NCBI GenBank assembly: GCA_050257635.1 | Contig: JBLMXG010000344.1 | Location: 9,190-73,189, forward strand | Source: Chloroflexota bacterium | GTDB taxonomy: Bacteria; Desulfobacterota; Binatia; UBA9968 | Reading direction: 5' to 3' | Length of the DNA stretch: 64,000 nt | In this document: positions 47,848-56,810 of the stretch, in pieces | Position numbering within the stretch: the stretch's first letter is position 1 | Layout of the letters: every line of letters starts with the position of its first letter | Program-made: the position numbers and the translations under genes | Notes under the pieces: generated by a model | Told to the model about the DNA's origin: nothing | Databases searched by the model: none | The model's input: only the letters and a program-made list of their open reading frames with translations

Positions 47848-47928
47848 TACTGAGGTAATGGTGTGTTGAATTGATCGGTGGCCCGGGATTTCACTACTGT
47901 AGTACTGCATCGCTCCAATTGCCTCCCC
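47848..47928. repeat. Diverged copy of the GGAGTRAT-octamer intergenic element (copy D)
   Basis: TTACTGAGGTAATGG...CACTACTGTAGTACTG...CTCCAATTGCCTCCCC shares its head (ACTGRGGTAATGG) and tail (CTCCAATTKCC..CCCC) with copy B. Fills the spacer between the amidohydrolase stop (47928) and the propeller start (47834). Confidence 0.4.
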
Positions 47929-48923
47929 TACGGTTTAAACCTGCTGAACACCTGCTCTGCGTTCTTCTGAAAAATTCCTGCCTTGTCCTCCACCGTCAGC
48001 CACGGAATGCTTTCGATGTTGGGCCGCACGTCGTCGTACCACTTGCCGGTGCGCGGATCGGTTTTGGAGCCGGCGCCGGGTCGCTCGGTGCCGAAGAGAC
48101 AGCGCTCGGGACCGCAGATGCGGAACAAAAGCTTCAACGACTCGATGTTGTAGAGCGCGGTATCGAAATAGAGCTGTTTCAGCCGTTGATCGAAATTTTC
48201 CGTGTCGTTGGGACCGCGCAGCTGCGAGCGCCAGCGGCCGACTTGATAGGGCACGGAGCCGCCGCCGTGCGAAATGATCAGCTTCAGTTTGGGAAAATCT
48301 TGAAACACTTTGGAATCGACCAGTGACAAGATCGCAATGCTCTCTTCGGTGATGAAGTGACCGTGAAACGACTCGCGCGGATTCTTACAACTGGCGCCAT
48401 GGACCAGCCCCGGGATATCCATCTTCACCATCTTTTCGTAAAGCGGATACCAGTACTCGTTGCCCATCGCCGGCGTCATCCCGTCGCCCTCGCCGGGGTC
48501 GGGATTGATCATGATGCCGACGAAGCCGAGATCGTTGATGCAGCGATCGATTTCATCGAACGTATTGGTGACCGAAACTCCGGCATTTTGCGGCAGTCCG
48601 CCGATGGCGCGGAATTTTTTCGGCTCCATCTTCACTTGCAGAGCCAAAGCATCGTTCACCGCTTGGCAATACCAATGCACGATTTTTTCCGGTTTCGCCG
48701 AATGCATCATCGTGTACGGACGCGGCGAGATAAAAGCGAAATCCGTGCCGACCTCGTCCAAGACTTCGGAATGTCGGTGGCCATGCCATTTCGCTTCGTG
48801 AATATGTTTTTCCGTGACCACGGTTCCGCGCGGACGATGAAAGCCAGCGCTGTTGATCAAGCCGGCTTGAAACGTTTGCAACTGCTCGCCGGCGACAATG
48901 TGATTGTGAACATCGATAATCAT
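47928..48923 (-). CDS. Amidohydrolase-2 family metal-dependent hydrolase/decarboxylase (ACMSD-like)
   Basis: 331 aa. N-terminal MIIDVHNHI metal motif. ..LIISHGGGSVPY.. and ..CLFGTERPG.. family-typical regions. Confidence 0.75.
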   Translation of the reverse strand: MIIDVHNHIVAGEQLQTFQAGLINSAGFHRPRGTVVTEKHIHEAKWHGHRHSEVLDEVGTDFAFISPRPYTMMHSAKPEKIVHWYCQAVNDALALQVKMEPKKFRAIGGLPQNAGVSVTNTFDEIDRCINDLGFVGIMINPDPGEGDGMTPAMGNEYWYPLYEKMVKMDIPGLVHGASCKNPRESFHGHFITEESIAILSLVDSKVFQDFPKLKLIISHGGGSVPYQVGRWRSQLRGPNDTENFDQRLKQLYFDTALYNIESLKLLFRICGPERCLFGTERPGAGSKTDPRTGKWYDDVRPNIESIPWLTVEDKAGIFQKNAEQVFSRFKP

Positions 48924-48993
48924 GATGAGATCCTTTCCGCCAAGGTTGCTTTTTACCTATCAGAGAGCGGCGACTGGCGGCAAGGAGGGAAAA

Positions 48994-49064
48994 GACTGGG
49001 GAATGGAGTTCGGGAGTGGAGCGATGGGTTTGGGTGAACTTCCATTACTCCGTCACTCCGTTTC
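48994..49064. repeat. GGAGTRAT-octamer intergenic hairpin element (copy A)
   Basis: GACTGGGGAATGGAGTTCGGGAGTGGAGCGATGGGTTTGGGTGAACTTCCATTACTCCGTCACTCCGTTTC. The left arm is rich in GGAGT, the right arm in ACTCC. The head is 17/18 identical to copy B. The right arm contains the MFS stop codon (49053-49055). Confidence 0.65.
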
Positions 49065-50366
49065 TATCTTCTTCGGGGGCTTTAACATCAAGCTGAGCAC
49101 CGCCGAGGTCATCAGCGCGCAGCCGAACAGCGTAAAGGAAAGCCCGTATCCGCCGGTGGCGTCGAAGAGAAAACCGAAGAACGGCGGCCCCGCGGCGGCG
49201 AGCACTTGAGAGATCAGCAAACCCATGCCGCGAATCCTGCCGAGCGAGCGACGCCCGAAATAGTTGGCCCATAAGAGATCGGGCAGGACCATATTGCCGC
49301 CGAGGCCGATGCCGTAGAGAAAAAAGCCGAAGTAAAGGCAAGCGAGGTTGCCCGTCGAGATCGCCAGCGCCAAACCGATGCCCTGAATGACGAATCGCAG
49401 CATCGCCGCGATACGATCGTCGAGCCGCTCGACGAGCAATCCCCAGGCTAATGGCGAAGCGAGTTGCATAGAGGCGATCACGCTCATCACCGTGGCGGCG
49501 ACGACGGGCGTATGGCCGAGGTCCGTCACGTAGGAATACACATGCAGGTTGAGGCCGGTCACGCCGGCGCTGGAAATGCCGAAGGTCACCACCAACAACC
49601 AAAAGGCGCTCGTGCGTACGGCCTCGGTGCGCGTCCAGACGATGTTGGAAGCGCGAACCAAATCTCCCCCCCAATTTTTCTTATTCGATGGGAGCGGTTC
49701 ACACCCGATTGTTGGCTCGGCGTCGCCGTCCGGTCGAAGCCCCAGGTCCTCGGGCGAACGGCGTATCACCGCGAGCGCCGGCAGCACGAGCAACGCCGTG
49801 GCGAGAACGCCGAAAACCACCCAGGTTTGGCGCCAGCCAAGGGTCAGCAGCAGCCACGCCGCGACGACCGGCATGCAGACCTTGGCGAAACCGACACCCA
49901 TGCTTGTAAACGCCAGGGCACGGCCGCGCTGGCGCACAAACCATTGCGACACCATAACGTTTACAACCATGGAGCCCATCAGTGCGTCACCGCAGGTCAC
50001 CAGAGTCAATCGAATGGCGGCAAATTGGCCAAAGTTGTCAATATGGCCGAGCATTAGATAGCCAAGCCCGACGATCATCGCGCCGAGCGCCATCAGCACG
50101 CGCCCGCCATGGCGATCCACCAACGTGCCGACCAGCGGCGCCAAGCAGGCGCCGATAATGCCTTCACCCGAACGCAGCAAAGAAAACACACCGCGGGAAA
50201 TGGCCAGTTCGGCTGTCAGAGGCTTGAGAAAAATACTGAGCGTACTAGCAAGCGCAAACGAGGACGCGATGTTGGCGAGAAATCCGACTCCGACGATGTA
50301 CCAACCGTAGAAAACACCCTGACTCTTTTGCTCCCGATCGTCGCGCAGCGCTGCTTCCACATCCAC
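49053..50366 (-). CDS. MFS transporter (12 TM)
   Basis: 437 aa, 12 predicted TM helices. MFS motif-A-like GTLVDRHGGR. Confidence 0.75.
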   Translation of the reverse strand: MDVEAALRDDREQKSQGVFYGWYIVGVGFLANIASSFALASTLSIFLKPLTAELAISRGVFSLLRSGEGIIGACLAPLVGTLVDRHGGRVLMALGAMIVGLGYLMLGHIDNFGQFAAIRLTLVTCGDALMGSMVVNVMVSQWFVRQRGRALAFTSMGVGFAKVCMPVVAAWLLLTLGWRQTWVVFGVLATALLVLPALAVIRRSPEDLGLRPDGDAEPTIGCEPLPSNKKNWGGDLVRASNIVWTRTEAVRTSAFWLLVVTFGISSAGVTGLNLHVYSYVTDLGHTPVVAATVMSVIASMQLASPLAWGLLVERLDDRIAAMLRFVIQGIGLALAISTGNLACLYFGFFLYGIGLGGNMVLPDLLWANYFGRRSLGRIRGMGLLISQVLAAAGPPFFGFLFDATGGYGLSFTLFGCALMTSAVLSLMLKPPKKIETE

Positions 50367-50470
50367 GCTTTAGCAGGAAAGCATCACCGCGCGCAATGCA
50401 ATCGCCACGATCGGAAATTTCTCTCTCAGCCGCCAATAGGAGCGGTAGAACTATCCGCTATCTTCAATCA

Positions 50471-51211
50471 TCAGCGCCGGTCCTTTTTGCTCTCGATGAT
50501 CGCCTTGAGATTCTCGATGCGCTCTTCGCTGCTTGGATGGCTGGAAAGAAACGGCAGGCGCACTCCCTGGTCGATTTTAAGAAACTTCTCGTGCAAGGTG
50601 ATCGCCGCCCGCGGATTGTAGTGGTTGGCGACCATGTACTCGATGCTGGCCGCGTCGGCTTCGCGCTCCTGCTCACGGTTGTACGAGGAGTCGATTAGAT
50701 CGGCGCCGAGTCCGCTGATAAGCCCCGCGGCCGGCACTCCCGCCGCGCTCAAACCGACGCCAACCATCGTCCCTAGGGCGTTGAGCGTGCTTGTACGCAT
50801 CTGCCCGGTATTCACATGTCCCTTTGCCCAGTGCGCCGCCTCGTGGCCAATCAATGCCGCGTACTCATCGGCGTCGCCGCCGATCAATCGCACCATGCCG
50901 AGGTTGATGCCGATCACTCGCTGCCGATTATTGATGATGCTAGTAAACGCATTGGGCTCCTCTCCGTCGAAGAGGTATAATTCGCTCTGGATTCCCGCCG
51001 AACGGTTTATGCGCAGGTGGGCGAGCATCATTTCTTGCATCGTCCGGGTCGGAACTGACAGAGCGATTCGATCATCCGGCGTGTGAAGCTCGATCGCAAG
51101 CCCGTAGCCGAGTACGACGTCTTTGACGCGCCAGTAATACGTTTGCTGCCGCATCGCGCACCCGGCGACGCTCAGCGCGATGATCCATACGATGAACTTT
51201 TTCATACGCAT
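50471..51211 (-). CDS. M48-family zinc metallopeptidase, lipoprotein
   Basis: Lipobox MRMKKFIVWIIALSVAGC. HExxH motif IGHEAAHWAKGH. Downstream EQEREADAASIEYM. Confidence 0.8.
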   Translation of the reverse strand: MRMKKFIVWIIALSVAGCAMRQQTYYWRVKDVVLGYGLAIELHTPDDRIALSVPTRTMQEMMLAHLRINRSAGIQSELYLFDGEEPNAFTSIINNRQRVIGINLGMVRLIGGDADEYAALIGHEAAHWAKGHVNTGQMRTSTLNALGTMVGVGLSAAGVPAAGLISGLGADLIDSSYNREQEREADAASIEYMVANHYNPRAAITLHEKFLKIDQGVRLPFLSSHPSSEERIENLKAIIESKKDRR

Positions 51212-51309
51212 CGAGTCTAAGCTTGCAATGGCGGCCCCGGGAGAACTCTATCGGCCGACTGCAATTAAGGCTAACCTTGTTGCGCCTATTCTTACCGAAA
51301 GGATCTTAT

Positions 51310-52023
51310 ATGAAAACACTTCTGTCCTTACTGGGCATCTTGTTTCTGCTCGGTTCGACGGCTCAAGCGCAGCAAAACAGCAACCGCCAGAGGTCACCGA
51401 CGATTACGGTGAGCGGCGATGCAACGATTTCGGCGGAACCCGATCTAGCGCAAATCGACATCGGCGTCGTAACCCAAGCCCGCGGCGCACCCGAAGCGTC
51501 AAAAGAGAATGCAAAACGGCTGACCCACGTACTGGCGGAGGTCAAAAAACTCCTGGGCAAAGGCGACGAGGTCAAAACCAGCGGCTACTCTCTCACGCCG
51601 AATTATCGCTATCCTCAAGGCGGCAAACCTGAAATCGTTGGCTACACTGCGAGTAACACGGTACGAATCAAGACGACGACCTTGGACCTCGTCGGTCGCC
51701 TGATCGATAACGCCATGCAAGCGGGCGCCAACAACGTCAACCGATTGGTCTTTACGCTGAAGGATGAGCAAGCCGCCCAGCTCCAAGCTTTGCGCGCTGC
51801 GTCGACCAAGGCAAAAACCAAAGCCGACGCGATTGCGACCGCGCTCGGGCTAAAGATTATCCGCATTGTGACCGTCAACGAAGGCGAGCGCATGGTTCAG
51901 CCCATCTACCGTCAAGCGCTGGCCGCGCGCGCCGAAGCGGCGCCGGCTCCGACTCCAGTCGAACCGGGGACTGTTGAAGTTCGCTCTACAGTTTCAATGA
52001 CCGTGGAAGTGGGCGAGAAGTAA
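51310..52023 (+). CDS. SIMPL-domain (DUF541) periplasmic protein
   Basis: Signal peptide MKTLLSLLGILFLLGSTAQA. ..ITVSGDATISAEPDLAQIDIGVVTQA.. and C-terminal ..VEPGTVEVRSTVSMTVEV typical of SIMPL. Start ATG 51310. Confidence 0.75.
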   Translation: MKTLLSLLGILFLLGSTAQAQQNSNRQRSPTITVSGDATISAEPDLAQIDIGVVTQARGAPEASKENAKRLTHVLAEVKKLLGKGDEVKTSGYSLTPNYRYPQGGKPEIVGYTASNTVRIKTTTLDLVGRLIDNAMQAGANNVNRLVFTLKDEQAAQLQALRAASTKAKTKADAIATALGLKIIRIVTVNEGERMVQPIYRQALAARAEAAPAPTPVEPGTVEVRSTVSMTVEVGEK

Positions 52024-52059
52024 ACACGAAGCTTTTATGGGTGAAATCGCATTTCGCGC

Positions 52060-53499
52060 TCAGCTGAATACCGGTTTCTCTTTGAGATAGTGCTCACGCA
52101 TCCCGGGACGGTAGCGTTCCATGACATCGCGGTTCAAATCCAGCGGCGGCTTCTGATCGGGTGGTAGCAGCGGCCGGTATTCGGTGTCGCCGATTTCATC
52201 TTTGAAGGTTTCCCTCGCCGTGGCGACGAGTTTCGGATCCAAGAACAGATCGAGCGCGGTGGCGGCCATCGCCTTGGCTCCCGCCAGCGCGCCTTTGTGC
52301 GCTATCGACGTCGCCAGGGAGACCCCGGCCGACCAGTGATGATACGACACACCGGGAATATTGGATGGAAAAGTGATCAAACCGGTCGGCACGACCCAGG
52401 AAATTTCTCCTGAATCGTTGGCGGAAACCGACTGGACGCACTCTTTGAGCGGCGTGATTCGAGTCGGCATCCCGACGGGTTTGATTTTTAACTTATTCTG
52501 AAGCGCGTGAACCATGCCCAGCTCTTCCTCCGACCATTGCGGCATACCGATCTGCTCGACGTTTTTTTGGATGACTTCGGCCAAGGTGCGGTTGGCTCGG
52601 GTCGGCCATACGGCGCTCAGCACGTTGACGGAATAGGAAGTATCCGTCATGAGCGCTGCGCCTTCGGCAATGCGCTTGGCTTTTTCAAACAGCGCGCGGG
52701 TTTTCTCCGCCGTCGCCTCGCGGAAGAACCACCAGATCGACGATTTGTTCGGAATCACGTTGGGCTGATCGCCGCCGTTGGTGATCACGCGATGGCTGCG
52801 CTGGCTCGGTTCAAGATGTTCGCGCAGCTTGTCCCAGCCGAGGTCCATCAAGACGACTGCATCCAGCGCATCCTTGGCGTTCCACGGCGCCGTCGCCGCA
52901 TGGGCGCTCTGGCCCTTGAAGGTAAACTCAGCCGAGATCAGCGCGTACTGCCGCAAACCATAGACCGTGCCGAATTCCTTGCCGATGTGATCGTGCAGCG
53001 CCACATCGACGTCTTGAAAATGGCCGTCGCGCACAAAGTAAGGCCGGCTCACGAGTTGTTCCTCGGCCGGCGCGCCGAAAACTTTGAGCGTGCCTTTGAG
53101 AGCGAATTCATCCATCGCTCTCTTGATTGCGAAGGCCGCGCCGATCATCACCGCGCCGTTGACGTTATGCCCTTCGGTGTGTCCGGGCGCGCCGTCGACG
53201 ATCGGCCTGGGCTCCGTGATACCGGCCTGCTGCGAACAGGCCGGCGTGGCGTCGAATTCGGTGTGCAGCGCGATCACCGGTTTCCCGGAACCGTACGTCG
53301 CCGCGAAGCCCGTGGGCATGCCGGATAAATTTCGTTCAATCTCAAAACCGGCTTTCTCCAAGAGCGCCATCATCAAATTCGAGGTTTCCAACTCCTGCAT
53401 GCCGAGCTCGGCAAAATAAAAAATATTATCGCACAAAAGTGCGATCGCCTCGCGATTGCGCTCAACCGTATCGAAGACAAACTGTTTGGGATGGCTCAT
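52060..53499 (-). CDS. M20-family amidohydrolase (AbgB / aminobenzoyl-glutamate utilisation-like)
   Basis: 479 aa. M20-type metal-binding regions (..ALHTEFDATP.., ..GHTEGHN.., ..FGAPAEE..). GAGGAG RBS before ATG 53499. Confidence 0.7.
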   Translation of the reverse strand: MSHPKQFVFDTVERNREAIALLCDNIFYFAELGMQELETSNLMMALLEKAGFEIERNLSGMPTGFAATYGSGKPVIALHTEFDATPACSQQAGITEPRPIVDGAPGHTEGHNVNGAVMIGAAFAIKRAMDEFALKGTLKVFGAPAEEQLVSRPYFVRDGHFQDVDVALHDHIGKEFGTVYGLRQYALISAEFTFKGQSAHAATAPWNAKDALDAVVLMDLGWDKLREHLEPSQRSHRVITNGGDQPNVIPNKSSIWWFFREATAEKTRALFEKAKRIAEGAALMTDTSYSVNVLSAVWPTRANRTLAEVIQKNVEQIGMPQWSEEELGMVHALQNKLKIKPVGMPTRITPLKECVQSVSANDSGEISWVVPTGLITFPSNIPGVSYHHWSAGVSLATSIAHKGALAGAKAMAATALDLFLDPKLVATARETFKDEIGDTEYRPLLPPDQKPPLDLNRDVMERYRPGMREHYLKEKPVFS

Positions 53500-53512
53500 G
53501 TGAACTCCTCAG

Positions 53513-53608
53513 GGACTGGGGTAATGGAGTACTGGAGTGATGGAGTGATGGAGTGTTGGGTTTCGGTCCGAACCCATTATTCCACTACTCCATTACTCCA
53601 ATTTCCCC
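53513..53608. repeat. GGAGTRAT-octamer intergenic hairpin element (copy B, longest)
   Basis: GGACTGGGGTAATGGAGTACTGGAGTGATGGAGTGATGGAGTGTTGGGTTTCGG-T-CCGAACCCATTATTCCACTACTCCATTACTCCAATTTCCCC. Four tandem 8-nt units (TRATGGAG) face 3-4 complementary units, giving a ~45-bp imperfect stem. The right arm contains the deacetylase stop codon (53593-53595). The left arm ends 14 nt from the M20 ATG. Confidence 0.75.
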
Positions 53609-54471
53609 GGATTCTTGTAGTAGTGATTGTAATACCACTCGGCAATTTCGCCCCCCGTCGTACGCCAGACGCCCGCATGGGAGCAGATATAATCGAGCGC
53701 CCGATCGAGGTAGTTGATGCGAAACGGCATGCCGATAACGAAGGGATGCAGCGGCAGACAGAGCACGCGGCCGCCCGAGGCGCTCTCTTTGTAAAGCGTG
53801 TCGAAGTGATCGCAAACCATGCGGTAATATTGCTCCGGCGAATGACCTTCTCGGATAAACACACGGATATCGTTGACGCCGAGTTCATACGGCACCACCA
53901 GCATGCGGCCGCTTTTCACCCGCATCGGCGTCGGCTGCTCGTCGTTGCCCCAATCGCAGACATATTCGAATCCCTCCGCGGCCAGATGATCCGGCGTGTC
54001 GGCAGTTTCGCCGAGGCCGGGACCGAGCCAACCCTTCGGCGCTTTGCCCGTAGCCTTGGTGATGATTTCTTTGACTTTGCGGATGACCGAACGCTCTTCC
54101 TCCGGCTTGTAATCGAGCATGGAGATGCTGTTGGTCATGCCGTGGCCAAGCCACTCCCACTTGCGTTTATTGCCTTCTTCGATGATCGCTGGATGGTGCT
54201 CGCAGACTTCGGCGTTGAGCAGCACGCTGGCACGGATTTGGAATTTGTCGAGCACGTCCATGATACGGAACACGCCCACGCGCGAGCCATAATCGCGCAG
54301 CGTATAGCCTGGCACATCGGGAGTGTGAGTGCTGCCCGAGCCGCGGATCGGCATGTCGAAGTGAAAATACTCGATATTCGGCGCCACCCAGAGCGCGATG
54401 CGGCCGTGATCGGGCCATTCGATTTTGGGTCGGCGAATGATCGGCGAATAATCGTAGCGGCGATTGATCAT
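53593..54471 (-). CDS. Polysaccharide deacetylase-family protein (PuuE-allantoinase-like)
   Basis: 292 aa. ..YDYSPIIRRPKIEWPDHGRIALWV.. and ..GHGMTNS.. regions typical of the divergent polysaccharide-deacetylase/PuuE group. Confidence 0.65.
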   Translation of the reverse strand: MINRRYDYSPIIRRPKIEWPDHGRIALWVAPNIEYFHFDMPIRGSGSTHTPDVPGYTLRDYGSRVGVFRIMDVLDKFQIRASVLLNAEVCEHHPAIIEEGNKRKWEWLGHGMTNSISMLDYKPEEERSVIRKVKEIITKATGKAPKGWLGPGLGETADTPDHLAAEGFEYVCDWGNDEQPTPMRVKSGRMLVVPYELGVNDIRVFIREGHSPEQYYRMVCDHFDTLYKESASGGRVLCLPLHPFVIGMPFRINYLDRALDYICSHAGVWRTTGGEIAEWYYNHYYKNPGKLE

Positions 54472-54771
54472 GGGCTGGCAAAACCTCCGACGATGATATC
54501 GTTGGTCCTTCTATCCGCCGTTAACCTATGTAATTGATCATCGGGCGTCAACGGCCCAAAACCTTTCATTTTTTTTCATTTTTTTAGCTTGACGGCGATT
54601 CACGGTTTGACCTAGCTTAGGCCCGATTTGCAATTCGTACACAGGTGCTGGGTTACTTGATCCGGTTGGCCCTCTCCCATCTCCGTCCGCTTCAAGTTTC
54701 CCGGTTGAAGTTTCTCTCAACTAGCCGGTTTAAGACAAGGCTCAAATTACAAAACGGAAAGGAGCAATACC

Positions 54772-56397
54772 ATGGCCACAGCGACGGGAGTCTTGCATTC
54801 CGCGGAAAGCGAGAGGGTCGTCAGCAAAAGCGATGAGCGCCGAGTCATCGCCGCATCATCGGTCGGAACCGTTTTCGAATGGTACGACTTTTATCTCTAC
54901 GCGATCTTGGCGCCGTTCTTCGCCGGATTGTTTTTTCCTCCGGGAAATCAGACCGCAGCCCTGCTGGGCGCTTTCGGCGCCTATGCCGCGGGATTTCTAG
55001 TAAGGCCTTTTGGCGCATTGATCTTCGGCCGCATCGGTGACCTCGTGGGGCGAAAGTACACGTTCCTGGTAACCATCGTCGTGATGGGATTGTCCACCGT
55101 CTTGGTCGGATTCATGCCCACCTACGCGACCATGGGCTTCGCAGCACCGGCAATTCTGGTGACACTACGCTTGGCGCAAGGATTGGCGTTGGGCGGAGAA
55201 TACGGCGGCGCGGCAACCTATGTCGCGGAGCATGCTGCAGACAACAAGCGCGGCTACGCCACCAGTTGGATACAAACTACCGCAACCCTCGGTATGTTGA
55301 TGGCGCTGATCGTCATCGGTCTTTGCCGTTATACCATGGACGCCAAGGCTTTCGGCGAATGGGGGTGGCGTATTCCTTTTTGGTTCTCGATCCCGCTGCT
55401 GCTGACGTCGATTTACATCCGGTTAAAACTCCAGGAATCGCCGATCTTCATACGCATGAAATCTCAGGGCAAAGGTTCCAAACAGCCTCTCATCGATAGT
55501 TTCTTCAAGTATCCGAACAACAAATACGTCGCAATCGCGCTGCTCGGCGCCACCGCAGGGCAAGGAGTGGTCTGGTACACGGGTCAATTCTACGCGCTTT
55601 TCTTTCTATTGATCTATCTGAAACTCGACTTCATACCGACTTATTTATTGATCGGCTTGTCCTTGATCCTTGCCACGCCATTTTTCCTGGTATTTGGCGC
55701 GCTCTCGGATAAGATCGGCCGCAAAAAAATTATTCTCGCGGGCTGTCTCATTGCCGCTCTCACCTATTTCCCTCTGTTTAAAGGCCTGACGCACTACGTC
55801 AACCCGGCCCTTGAGCGATATCAAACCAACACGCCGATTAAAGTGGCTGCGAACGATTGCAACTTTCACATTTTCATCGGCCCGTGGTCGCGCCAGACCG
55901 CCTGTGATAAGGCCAAGGACTTCCTCGGCAAGGCGGGCCTGTCGTTTGAATCCGGCATAGCTATCCCAGGGCAAGACGTAGTGACATGGATTGGCAATAT
56001 TGAGCTCAAAGGCTGGGATGAAGTGAAATACCAAGAGGCCCTAAAGGCGACCAACTATCCACCAAAGGCCGATCTCAACGAGGTCAACTGGGTGATGACC
56101 GAGGTGATCCTCGTACTCATGGTGATTTACGTCACGATGGTTTACGGGCCGATTGCGGCCTTTTTGGTAGAGTTATTTCCCACGCGAATTCGCTACACGT
56201 CGATGTCCTTGCCCTATCACATTGGGAACGGCTGGTTCGGCGGCATGCTGCCGCTGCTCGCAACCGCGATCGTTGCGTGGTCGGGCAATATTTACTACGG
56301 CTTGTGGTACCCGATCATCGTTTCCCTCATAACTTTTTTTATCGGCGTGCCGCTCGTGCATGAGACCCGCCACATCCGGATTCACGAAGAACATTGA
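54772..56397 (+). CDS. MFS transporter, metabolite:H+ symporter (MHS) family, with ~105-aa insertion between TM9 and TM10
   Basis: 541 aa. N-terminal GTVFEWYDFYLY and GRIGDLVGRKYTF are MHS signatures. AAAGGAG RBS before ATG 54772. The hydrophilic insertion (HYVNPALERY...LNEVNW) contains two Cys. Confidence 0.8.
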   Translation: MATATGVLHSAESERVVSKSDERRVIAASSVGTVFEWYDFYLYAILAPFFAGLFFPPGNQTAALLGAFGAYAAGFLVRPFGALIFGRIGDLVGRKYTFLVTIVVMGLSTVLVGFMPTYATMGFAAPAILVTLRLAQGLALGGEYGGAATYVAEHAADNKRGYATSWIQTTATLGMLMALIVIGLCRYTMDAKAFGEWGWRIPFWFSIPLLLTSIYIRLKLQESPIFIRMKSQGKGSKQPLIDSFFKYPNNKYVAIALLGATAGQGVVWYTGQFYALFFLLIYLKLDFIPTYLLIGLSLILATPFFLVFGALSDKIGRKKIILAGCLIAALTYFPLFKGLTHYVNPALERYQTNTPIKVAANDCNFHIFIGPWSRQTACDKAKDFLGKAGLSFESGIAIPGQDVVTWIGNIELKGWDEVKYQEALKATNYPPKADLNEVNWVMTEVILVLMVIYVTMVYGPIAAFLVELFPTRIRYTSMSLPYHIGNGWFGGMLPLLATAIVAWSGNIYYGLWYPIIVSLITFFIGVPLVHETRHIRIHEEH

Positions 56398-56510
56398 ATG
56401 TAAGTGGACGGGTATCAATGCAACCGGCGCCGCGTATCATCGGTCTCGATAGTGGCAACAGCGACCACAGAATAAGGTTCGATTTGCGAACGCGCGACAA
56501 CCCCTGAGAC

Positions 56511-56546
56511 AAAAAAGGGGATGGAATCACCTTCCATCCCCTTTTT
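56511..56546. terminator. Bidirectional rho-independent terminator
   Basis: A6-GGGGATGGAA-tcacc-TTCCATCCCC-T5, between the convergent MFS (stop 56397) and grx-like (stop 56568) genes. Confidence 0.8.
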
Positions 56547-56567
56547 ACAACGGTCACTGCCGCGTTT

Positions 56568-56807
56568 CTACAGGAACTTTCCCACCAGAAATTGGTTGAT
56601 CTCCTCCGAGCCGCGCAGCGGCTTGCCGTCGACCACCAGAACCGGGACCGTCTTCGCTCCGGTAATCTCGATCAGCTCCCTTTCGTAGTCGGAATTCTCG
56701 CGGATATTCTTTCTGGTAATCTGTGCTTCGCAATGAAGATTGGTCATGCAATTGAGCACGCTCTGGGAGAAACCGCATTCGTTGTAGAAATAGAGCTCCA
56801 TGGCCAT
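56568..56807 (-). CDS. Small glutaredoxin-like (thioredoxin-fold) protein with CGFS motif
   Basis: 79 aa. ELYFYNECGFSQSV.. active-site region, ..TVPVLVVDGKPLRGSEEI.. (cis-Pro TVP and GG/GS region of Grx/NrdH fold). ATG lies 3 nt after the prx stop. Confidence 0.7.
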   Translation of the reverse strand: MAMELYFYNECGFSQSVLNCMTNLHCEAQITRKNIRENSDYERELIEITGAKTVPVLVVDGKPLRGSEEINQFLVGKFL

Positions 56808-56810
56808 AGA

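Noticed and set aside
53513-53608. Possible CRISPR-like array, because of the short tandem repeats.
   Set aside because: The units are only 8 nt, directly abutting with no spacers. The second half is the inverted complement. No cas genes are present. The structure is a long hairpin, not an array.
53491-54537. 348-aa plus-strand ORF beginning MAHVNSSGTGVMEYWSDGVMECWVSVRTHYSTTPLLQ.
   Set aside because: The N-terminus is simply the translated octamer-repeat hairpin. The remainder is antisense to the polysaccharide-deacetylase gene. Not a real protein.
54600-54771. Four CGGTT(T/G) words and a small CTTCAA/TTGAAG hairpin in the MFS leader, as a possible riboswitch or operator.
   Set aside because: There is no regular spacing and no match to any riboswitch core I know. 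The evidence is insufficient.
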